From the NCBI GenBank assembly GCA_000934665.2, contig JYFJ02003944.1:1-36169 (forward strand): a stretch of 36,169 nt of DNA, in the 5' to 3' direction. The translations under genes and the position numbers were made by a program. Positions within the stretch are counted from its first letter, which is position 1, and each line of letters starts with the position of its first letter. Source of the DNA: Catajapyx aquilonaris (lineage: Eukaryota). The notes under the pieces are model-generated. The model did no database searches. It was given only the letters and a program-made list of their open reading frames with translations, and was not told the origin of the DNA. This document shows positions 11,580 to 23,300 of this stretch, piece after piece.

Positions 11580-14087
11580 TTTTATTGCTAAATTCCGCTG
11601 CTTACGAGGGTACGAAGCTATTTAAGTGCACGACTGTGAGCTTAATTTTGATACTTGTATGTGCCTGTAGTGATTATCACTTAATGTGTTTGATGCGCAG
11701 GACTGCATCTTCCTGAATGTTCAACTGTTGATTTTTGTACAGTCGATTCATGTAAAATTACTGTAACGCAGGGGTAAATTTATGCGATTGTTTGAAAAAT
11801 CTGGCAGAATGCACTTGCTAGCGATAGAAGCAGGAGAGCCCCTTTGGAATAATGTTTTTAACGCATGGGAGTGGCCATACTGGGCAGCGTGGCGAGTCAT
11901 GGATATGTAGATTTCAGCCAGTGTGTGCTGGCAATTGAACAATCCGCTGTGCAGATAACCTCACTGACTTTCAGATTAATAATTTCAATAAATTTTTTTC
12001 CCCCCCCCCCTATAGCGCTTGATTAGATCATTACAAAAATCGGTGACACAAGATGTTTCAGAATTTGTGATTTTGTCCAGGAGTGATGCCACGAAAGTTG
12101 AATCTTTAAATAATGCTGTAACTGGATTTATTAGCTCAATAGTACGGTGCCAGCTAATTAATTTTAATCGCTTTTAAAAGTTTGAACGTGCAGGTCCAAA
12201 TTGTAGGAAACCTCATGCAGCCTTATAATGTAAAATCAATTCACAGTTGGCACAAGTCACCACCGGGCCTAACAGTGTCTGCTGGAACTTCAAACAAGCA
12301 GCGTCACAGGGAAGCAGTATTGATTCAGACCTGCACAGTAAATATTCAGTTGTTGGCCTGTTATGGGGGTTGAGCTCAACTTTGTTTGGTCGCATTATTA
12401 TGCAGGCCTGTCTCTCCCAAACCTCGTTATACATTGTTGCCACGGGTGATTTTTCGGGGGGTAGAGCGGTACGCATCTGTTTGGTGGTGTCCATGGAGAC
12501 GTTTCCAGAGACATGCGAAGAATGTACCATTAGAACAGTGGCATGAATAGGATTGTTCTGATTACACTCTGCGCTGTCTTAAAGAGTATGTGACGTGACT
12601 AGTGATTGTTGAATTCAGCTCTGATAAGGTTTGTGATTCGTCAGGCTTTATGCATTCGCATAGTTCCGGCAGCGTGTTGTGCCAGGATTGTTCTGTGTAA
12701 AGTAGGCATTGTTGGAGTGACATTTTTGAACGTGGGTAAATAGGAGAAAGTTGCGACTGAATCACCAAGCACATGTTGTTGTAACTACTCAAAATCATTC
12801 TCTATGAGGCTTTTTTTTTTGCTAATTGCTCAAGTTTGAACTTGGGGATGGCTTTTAAACAAGTGATAATTTACTTGAATTGTAATGTTTTTCCCGTGAG
12901 CGTTAACCAAAATGAAGTTATGGGCTCACAGCCAGGGTCGTCATCCTTGCAGCCGTGATTCATGAAGGATTTCATTCTTTCCGACAGTGGGATATTCAAA
13001 TGTGAAAGTTGGTTTTTCTTTCACAGTGCGATGCTTCCCAAGTGCAATGTGTGTAACTTGCACAATGCCCCAAATTCGTTGTGAACCAATTGAATCAAGC
13101 TGTTGAACTTACGTCATAGTTTTGAGCACATGCATGAAAGTTGCGACATAGTAATTTGTTTAAAGGTGTAAAAGTTAATATCGATGCTAAAGCAAGGCTG
13201 TAAGTCATCGTATCATTTCATTCTTAGGTTCATGTTTAGGGATGAAGCCATTCGCTTGTGGTAGGGTTATTAATAAACGGCCTCCTTTAGTGGCACAGTG
13301 TGATTAATATATTTATTTTCAGATAGGGATGCGCCAACAAAGTGTGCCACGTTACATATGTGTTTTGAAGGGCCCTTTATTGTCGTAGTCTCTGCAGTTG
13401 TAACGTCTTGGAACTTTCACTTGAAAAAGATGCTTAGTAATGATGCTGATTGGCCACATCAACATTTTGTATTCGTGTGAATGCCTTCCAATCTTATTAC
13501 ATGGAGACTGCTGCTAGGCCCGAGTAGTCCTTTGCTCAAAAATATTCTCTAACTCCCATATGCTTCAGGAATAGTCACGCCCACTCTGTGGAAATGACAA
13601 TGGCAGGAGGAGGGAAGTGGGTGTGGCTCCTTTTGGAACCGGAAAGATTTGTGGGGCGTAGAATGAGAGAGAGAAAATGATGGAACTCTCCTGCTTTGAT
13701 GACAGTACATTCTTCACATGATTAATGTTATATACGAAGCTGTCCTCTTGAAGTCACCCAAGTCCTGTTCTTCCTCTTGACGAATAATTATGCATTGCTG
13801 TTATTGAATTGCTTGCTGTAAATACCATTTACCAAATAGAACTGCAGAATTTTGGTCTGATGTTCGCTAAATGTGATGTCCATTTGAAGCGTCAAGCAAG
13901 TTTACATTTCCGAGAAATACAAAATGACGGGGCTATTTTTTTTCCTTTTTAGTTGGGTCCATCGCACTTGCGAGAGCAGGAAAAGAATTTTATGTGCACT
14001 TCTGGTGTGGTGTAAACTCTTGGGGTGTTATCAGAGGGCAAGAATGTAGTCGGCACCTCATTATACTGCTTTTTCATTGCTTTCAGA

Positions 14088-17000
14088 ATGTCTGAGGAGG
14101 AAAGTGGAGAAAGTGGGAACCCGCAGCCAGATGAGTACGTAACTGACCCACCCGACCCACCTCCCAAATCGCCGCTGAAGACTCAGGAACCAGACTCGCC
14201 GTCGAGCCCACTGACCAACGGCGACACGGAGGAGGAGGATGTGTGTGTGAAGCGAGAGCTTCAGGACTATTCAGACGAGGATCAGGCGGCGCCAAAAACG
14301 GCGCGGATCAGGTCGACTCGGTCGCAGAACCCGGAGTTTGCAGCCAGGCAGAGGTCATTCATGCAGAAGGTGGCGCAGGCAACTAACGGAACGACGGAAG
14401 AGGACACGGATTTTCAGCCGTCTCCGGTGACGAAACCAGTGGGAAGTGCGGGGAGGAGGAGATCAGCAGGTCACGGAGGTTCGCCAGGGCCCAAAAGGAG
14501 GAGAAGCTTGAGAGCCAGTGGTGCTGACGGAGTAGCCGGGAGCAATCATAACAATGTGAGTGTGAAATATCTAATACCGATGGTGATCAGTGGAGCAAAT
14601 TTTATGAGCATCGAGTGTTGCTTCGATGCCAGTGACTTGAAATGAGTGCAGTATGTTGAGAAGATTCAATCTGTAAATTCGGGTTTTAAAATGTATGGTC
14701 CAGGTCAATTTTTTGAACGGAAGGTGTGCTGGACGACAGCTGCAATATCAATAGACAGCAGTACTTAGATTCAAGGACTTATTACTCGTCCTCGCCTTGC
14801 TTGGGAGGAACAGACTCCATTTTGACAGACGTTACTTACATTATGCCAACTGGGTGATGAAGCATGTTACATCACGACTACTGAGTCCAGTTCGCTTATC
14901 CTGTAATAGCAACAAGCAACAGTGTTCATAATATGCGATTGCTACTACTGCCATGAAATTTTAGAGCAAAGACCCTCGTGATTCTTTGACTTGCTGCAGC
15001 CAACTGTTGACTTAACAATGTTGTAGGATGACTTGGACCATAACCTGATTGCCTTCATGGCTCAGCAAAACTTGACGTTAGCCCGACCCTTGTCTCCCGA
15101 CGTACCTTCCTGTTCCTCAAATGACTTCCTGGGTTGCGTGGATCACCCGCATGCTCCTGAATCCAGACTCCCTGTAAGTTTTGTGCTACGTTTTGATTTT
15201 TTTTTAAATTGGTGTGTGTTTAACGTGGTACGATGGATTTAAAATGGTGCGGAACTTTTCCCCAATACAATGGATCTCCTGTTGCAAAAAAAAACTTCAT
15301 TTGTTGTGGCATAGCTCAAATCTTTTCGACTACGTGGGCACTAGTGAGTTAGTCCAACCAGCAAGTTTAGCGTCATCCTCTGTTAGTCACTTGAGGAGAG
15401 GACATCAGGATGGCTTCTTGGCTTGTTTTGTTTAGTTTATGTTGTTGTTGTTGAAGCTGACTTGTTGGAAAGAGAGCCAGAAGGGCTGAAACTTTAGCTG
15501 ACCATGCTGCAGGGAAGCCAGCCTTGGAATTATGTGAGGGGGGAGAGTGGGGAGATGAGTGGGTGGGGGGGAACATGACTGTGATTCTATCAGCAGTGAC
15601 TTTTTTGCGACCTTGGATGTGCAGTCACTTTCTAGTTGGCAGAACAGAAATGACGTCATGACTCATGAAACTAACTGTTAAAGCGCTTCCATGCCTTCAC
15701 CGGTGGGGAGGAGGAGGCCAACGATAGTCATGCACTGGGGACGGCTGGATTTATGTCATGAAGTAGTTGGTTCATGCCGTAGCGAGAGTGACTATGCACA
15801 CTTGCGACTTGTTCAGGCAATGCATTCACTATATTGTCTGCCATGGATAAGTCGAACCTCGTCATGACAGGTTATAACTCTTGTTGTCTTTCGACAGGAA
15901 TCGCCCCCTTCGAGCAGCGGCGGCAACAATGGCGTCCCTGCCACGAACAATGGCAACGGGTCCGTCACTCCGACTCCGCCTGCGGTGCACAACGACAGCT
16001 ACTGCTGGGTGTGCCACAAGGAAGGGAACGTCATATGCTGCGAGACCTGCCCCAGGGTCTTCCACCTCAAATGCACCCAGCTGGACACGACCCCTCCGGA
16101 CGACTGGGTTTGCTCGGAGTGCGTCCGGATCACCAACGCGGAGAATCTTGACACCAGGTGGGGGATGAAAGAGTGTCGCTGCGAGGCCTAGCGTTCAATC
16201 AATCTGCAGGAGCGGTGGTTAAACTAGCCGTTCAAGCAGCCTAACGATAATCTTGTAACAAAAATGCCCATGCAATAATTTTAGAGAGGCACATTTTGTG
16301 TCCAGTACATTGACGCAATTGTGAATTGGAAGTGGCGTAATGGACAAGTTTCCAAGGCTTGGTGCCAGGAAGTAAAATAAATTATTTTTTTTGATAATTC
16401 CAGGGCGCACATGTGCCACATTAACCTGATCAAGATGTGTCTCTCCCTCCCTCTCCCCCTTTTTATGTTGATTAGGCTTTGATTGTTGCCACATGTTGTG
16501 TGCAAAGTGAGTCCAAAGTTTCAAGGCTTTGTTTATACATGGCGCTGTGCACTACTTGTTTAATGTAATATTTGAGGTGCCATAGATGCAGCTAGAGGTT
16601 CATGTGATGCGGTTATTGAATGTGTGGGGCTTGCATTGTTACTTGTTAATTTGAAGAAAAGGTGGCTAGGTTCGATTACTTTTTAAAAGTGTGTCTGTGT
16701 GGTTAATTATTCCGAGTGGCATTATGCCCGGTTTTTTATTTTCGTGTTGGTTGGGTTTGTGTGGGCTAGCTTCGTGAATATGCCAGTTGATTAACCAGGA
16801 TTTGGGTGCTACGAGCTACAGCGGTTGTTCAGTGGAGCCATTTATTTGCCGGTTTGAACAATGCGCATTTTACAAGCTCGTGTTCAGCTGTACTTTTTGC
16901 AGTGCGCTGTATGTACTGTAGAGAGAGGGTGGCAGGATGTGAGAGCAAAAGTTCAGCCCGAGAGATATCCAGGGCTCCACTCCCACCACCTCCTCCTCCT

Positions 17001-17274
17001 TGGTGTTCCTCCTCCTCCTCCTCCTTCATTCCTCCCCAGGCAAAGCTAGTTTGCAGCTGCTGGAGCCCAAACTATTGATCCTTGGCTCCCTGCCAGTTGT
17101 GGGACTAAGGGAGGGAGGGTGGGAGAGTGGGTGGGAGGAGAGAGAGAGGAACAGGGTTGAAAAGGATGGGGAGGAATGGGTGAGGTTGGGCAGGGAGGGG
17201 GGAGTGCAGCAGCATACATGGCCTCCCTCCCACAACCACCCACACAGGCATGCCAACCCCACCACAATTAGGTG

Positions 17275-17305
<31 letters not shown>

Positions 17306-20300
17306 AGGGAAAGAGAGAGAGAGATCTCTCCTCCCATCAGCTTGGCTCATGCGGATCAAGGGAAGGAAGCAAGTAGTGCAGAATAAAAAAAAATGCTGGG
17401 CAGAGCAAGGAAGGGACATGCCAATTTTTGCTTGACGCGCACTACTGTTTGCCAGAATTGCAGATTTTAATAAAAAGCAATGGCAAAATGCGGGATTTCA
17501 TAACGATGGTTTTTAGATTTTAATCCCAGTTTACCAACAGGGCAGTGGGCAGTATTTTAAATATGATGTTGCCCCCCCCCCAAAAGAACACTGCTTTTAT
17601 TAGCAGATTAATAAGGCTCTGCGCTGAAATCCTGTGCTAGAAAGTACGTGTGTTCAGCCTCCACGTCAAAATAGGCGACGATTACTTTCAGTCACATAAA
17701 TGCTTAAATTTTTCAGGCCCTTTCAGTGGAACTATTGAGGCGTTGACATGGGAAAGGGCGTAAGTCACAAAAATATATTTTTACCGGGGCTCGGGAGAAA
17801 AACCCGTTTTTAGCACACTTATGACCGGTTTCACCAAGCCCGGTTTCCATAAAAACCCCGGTTCTTTCAGAAAATCCCTATTCTATTTGCAGGGATTTTC
17901 TGAAAGAACCGGGGTTTTTATGAAAACCGGGCTTGGTGAAACCGGCCATTACACAATCTTTCATATTGTTAGATTTTGTTACAAAATGTCGCGAAAAGTA
18001 AACGAAAGTCAGTTTGTGTGTTTTAACATTTAAATATAGGCGACTTTTGTTTTCTTTTGGAGGCTTTATTTCTCTTTGCGACTTGCGCCCTTTCCCTTGT
18101 CAATGCCTGAGTGTGTTGAGATAATTATGTTCTGTTGATTGCACATATGCTTTCCGTGTACAGGTCGAATGCCATGAGACAGCTGACGGTGGAGCAGCTG
18201 TGTCACCTGCTCAAGTTTGCTTGCAACAGGATGAAAACAGTTGCAGGGGTGAGTGTCCTCTTGATCCAACTGGAATCTACAACTACATTTTCAGTAACTT
18301 TGGTATTGTGTGGAGCAGTTTCGCTTGCCTAACACCTTCACCGCATTTCATTGGGGTTTTTTCCCCTGCCTTTAGGCCGAGCCGTTCTGCCGCCCTGTGA
18401 ATGCTCTGGAGTTCCCCCGGTACCGTGAGTTTGTGACTCTTCCCATGGACGTGACCCAGCTGGAGCGCAACATCAAGCGTCGCCAGTACGGCAGCACGGA
18501 GGCGTTCCTCGCTGATGCCAAGTGGATCCTGCACAACTGCATAATATTCAACACGTTCCAGTCCAAGCTGACGGCCATCGCCAAGAGCCTGCTCAAGGTC
18601 TGCAGGCACGAGATGGCCGAGATCGAGACCTGTCCCGACTGCTACCTGCACGCCCATGTCAAGAAAGACTCCTGGTTTTTAGAGCCGTGTGTGAGTATGC
18701 AAAAAGTGTGACAACGATTTATCAAAAGTATGCCGCACATGAATGATTTCTGGTAATGCTTCACGTTGTGGTTGAAAACATGTTGCAGCTTAAAAGCTGG
18801 TCATGTATGCAGTTCATATGATGTGAAGTGCTGTTCGCACTGCAGTGAGTCGAGGAAGGTTCAACTTCCTGCGTACCAGGAAGATGTACAGTATTTTGGA
18901 TTAGATTTCGTGAAAATCACACAGTTTTACATATTACTTCACAACTGCTTTGAAATGTGATTTTATCTGGCGAAATAGTGACAATTATTTTACTCTCAGG
19001 TTGCGAGTGTAAGATGATTCAGTAGGTGTTGTCAACATACTGCAACATGTAATATTAACTATTTGTCCCCCCCTGAAGGCACTGTTTTAATGCGAAAATT
19101 TTTGCACAGGCATAATATGGAGGTTGAGGGATGAGTTTTGCAGGTAGAAAGTTTTCTCAAGCAGTGAACCAACCCTATAGCGTGTGCTTTCCGAGAGGCA
19201 GGAAGGAAATTCACAGAAGTTAAAATTGCGTGACGAAAGTACAGGTTGTGTTGAACAATAGTTTCAGGTTGAGCAGTCACCCAACTTCCTGATGCTGCGG
19301 ATAGTGACTCTATTGTTCCTTCTTCGCATTGTTGTTGTTGTTGTCTTTTACGACGATGATGAAGACACCACTGCATTAATCTGAGGCTGCAGAGCTGGTC
19401 ATATTCTTAAAATTATTAATCCACTTATCAGATCAAACGTGAATCAAGTGACTAATCACAACTTTTAATATTCCTGTGTGACCTACTTTGTAAAGTGTCG
19501 ACTATTTAAATGTCGGATGACTTGAAAAACCGTGATTGGTGTTAGCTAGTTTTATATTCACTTGGTTGTGGCCTCGACTTGTTGGATTCGCTCAGGCGTT
19601 GACTCATCCGACATGTGGAAGAGAAAGGGGCATTGCCAAGTTGAGCAAGTCGCAAGGAGAAAGTGACCCATTTCTCGAGGCTAATAGACAGATGATCATA
19701 TTTGTATTATCATATGGATATATGATCGCCATTTATAATTTCGATGTGGATGAAACTTTAATTATGTAACCTTAGGGCGTTCTTTTTGTGACGAGTTGTG
19801 CGTAAATATATGCTGGTATTTTATTGCTGGATGTTGATGTTAATTTTTTTGTAAACTCCACTTTTGCAGAGACGACCTCACATGCTGGTTTGGGCCAAGC
19901 TGAAGGGCTTCCCGTTCTGGCCCGCGAAGGCTATGAAGACCAACAGGGAGGCGTCCGCAGTTGACGTGCGATTCTTTGGAGCCCACGACAGGCCAGTACC
20001 AATTCATATGCAGTAATTATCAGTCCAATATGTTGTTGGTAAACTCAACATTTTCTTGCCCCTTGCACTTCCACCTTTGTTCAATATATTCTCAATATTT
20101 TTCATTTATTTATTTATTTGGAATCAGTTTGCCAGTTGGACTGTGTAGAAAGGGAGCTCTGGGCTGTAATTTTTGTGGTGTTTTCGCTTTTTGTTTTTTT
20201 GATAACTGCACAAGTTGTACAAGTTGCTCTTAAACTTACGTAGGAACATTGTTGCACTGTTTCGCCTGCATGAAATTTAATAACTCTTAACCCATGGTGA

Positions 20301-23300
20301 CACACGCGGACGCTAATAATCTGAAAATGATTCAACATTACTGCTGTCGGATTCCTTAGATGCCGAGAGCCAGCCTGTTTTCAAAATGGTTTACAGAAAT
20401 GTACGGAAACATCAGAATCCTTGAATTACTGTGCCTTTTGAAATATTTACTGCAGACTTATTGCGCCAGTGCTGACCACTGTTATGCAAATTTTTTTGTG
20501 TGTGTAAGTTTAACGACAGGCACATGACTTTTTGTTAGAACGGGGATGTTGATTAGGGAAAATTGTTCAATTCTGCAGGGCTTGGGTGCCGGTGAAAGAC
20601 TGCTTCCTGTACAGCCTGGAGATCCCAGTCCAGGTGAAGAACAAGAAGAAGGGGAACCTCGAGGGCTGCATCCAGGAGGTGGAGTCCCACATCCGCAAGC
20701 TGCAGGATCGGTTTGGACGCTTCCAGCACGCCACATTCCGCGTCCAGTTTGATCCGGCCAGGGAAGAGGAGCAACTCAGGGAACTGCTTCCCAACGTAAG
20801 TCTTTCGTGTGTATAGTGCCGAATGTCCCAATTTCAATTGTGTCAATAGTGCAGGCATATCAGTCAGATGTGTGACCAAACCCAGTAAAAAATAATGTAA
20901 ATCTGAAAATTGGAGGAAGTGTTCTGTGGTGAACAACATACTAAAAGTCCTATGCCGGCGTCATGTTTTTTTCTGCGCAAGAAGTACATTTCCCAAAATT
21001 ACAACGTTTTGGCGCTCCCAAAATTTGGGCGGGGAAAGAGATCAGCCCTTTTTCGGCGTATCATTTCAGTGTGTGGCCCACGTCCAAACCCATCAAACAT
21101 GTACATCAAAAGAAAGAGGAAGACGGGGAGAATGCAACTATGGAAGTGGTTTCCCCCACCTATGCAACCTTACATAGGTCAAATTTCCCAGAATTTGGAC
21201 CTCCAGAAATTAGTGATGTAATTGCTCCACATACTTCATGTTTGGCGACACGAATATAGACTCACACACGTTGCGATCTGTCAAGTTTGAAGCTTGAGTT
21301 ATGTATAGTTCGTGAGGGGGGAAAAAAGCAACTTTGGGTTTTCGGTCAATTTTGCGACCTTTGACCCCTGCTTTCGCTTTGTGGCACTGGAAGAATCTGA
21401 CCGGAATTAATATTACTGGAATCCTCGTTTCATGCACAAAGGATATTTGTGTTCACTCTCATTCAGGGGGAAATCCAAGGCAGTTGCTCAAACTTTGGAG
21501 ACCCATGATTACTTACACTTAAAATGATAGCCTAGAACCCCTCTAGCAGTCACGCTCAGTTTCCGCACCTTCTGTACAGGTAGGCCTACACAGTAGGGTG
21601 GAGCGGGAAAAAAAACGGGGGGTCAAAAGTTGTGTATGGACAAGTATAACACTGGTGATTTTTTTTATTGGAATTGTCGTACTTCATCTTCATTTGTCGC
21701 AAGAGCCTTCAAGTTTCGCAATTTTTGTCAGAAAAACACATATTACATTATGCTTTATGCAACACGATTTTTGTCCATGGACGTTCATAGCTCTTTCCAT
21801 GTTACTTACTTCTCCTCTGCACAGGTTGAAAAGATACACCTAGGGCACTGTACACGATGCTTTGCGCACTAGTAACTGGACTTGTCTGATGGTTACAATC
21901 CTCTGACTACGGATTTGTCATCATGAAATAAAAAATACCAGTCGAATCCCTCTATAACGATAATCCGCTTATAACGAAAGAAAATTTGTGACTGTCAGAG
22001 GCCCCCATATAAACCCATGTTAAAAACATCCGCTTTTAAGGAATAGGATTTTCGGTTTCGGTTCGCATATAACGAAAAAAAAATTCGCAAGGGCAGAAGT
22101 TGGGCCATAAGTCACCATCTGTGATTCAGGGATTCAACCTTTTTTTTCACACATTACGTCCAAAAGTCGATAATTTGGGGGGGTCCTAATGGAAGGGAAA
22201 GGATTCTCTGGGAGGGATGTCGCCCAGTTACTCAGAGCTGCCCCCACTGGATTTATTTCTAGCACCTGGCCCCCCCTCAGGGAAGGCCAGGCAGGTGGTT
22301 AATTAAAACCTGGGAATATTCATGGGAAAATTAGAGCAGCAAAACAAATCACATCTGGAAGGTGGGGTGAGGGCAGGTGAGGGAGCCAGAGGGCAAGGAG
22401 AAAGGCTTTGGCCTGCATCTGGTGCAGGTGTTTGTTCAGCCGCAGCAGTCAGTGTACACTTCACTCCAAGAAGCAGTTTTAGGCATGGCACCAAAGAGGA
22501 AGAGTCTCAGCGTGGAAGAAAAACGTCGCATTTTGAAAGAAGTGGATTCGAAGCAGAAGAAAGTAGACATCGCGAAACAGTACAACATTGCGCCAAGTTC
22601 TTTAAAAATAATCATCAAGGACCGCAAAAAATTCGAGGAAGCAGCAGACCCCTCAGCCAAAAGACTACGTACAAGCAGGCATCCTGAGGTTGATGAAGCT
22701 GTTTTACTGTGGTTCACGGACCAGCGTACACGAAATGTGCCGGTGGATGGCCTTGGTCTTCGTGCGAAGGCATCGGCTTTAGCTGCCACCCTGGGTCACC
22801 GCGATTTCAAGGCTTCTTCTGGGTGGTTGAGCAGATTCCAGAAACGGCATGGGTTCGCTAACAAGACGACGTCGGGGGAGGGCAAGTCCGTTGACGATGA
22901 TACAGTGCAAGAGCGGCTCAAGAGTACCGAAGAGAAGGCACCAAAGAGGAGGAGTCTCAGCGTGGAAGAAAAACGTCGCATTTTGAAAAAAGTGGATTCG
23001 AAGCAGAAGAAATTAGACATCGCGAAAGAGCACAACATTACGCCAAGAAGTTTATCAACAATCATCAAGGACCGCAAAAAAATCGAGGAAGCAGCAGACC
23101 CCTCAGCCAACAGACTATGTGCACCCAGGCATCCTGAGGTTGATGAAGCGGTTTTACTGTGGTTCACAGACCAGCGTACACGAAATGTGCCAGTGGATGA
23201 CCTTCATCTTCGTGCGAAGGCATCGGCTTTAGCTGCCATCCTGGGTCTCCGCGATTTCAAGGCTTCTTCTTGGTGGTTGAAAAGATTCAAGAAACGGCAT

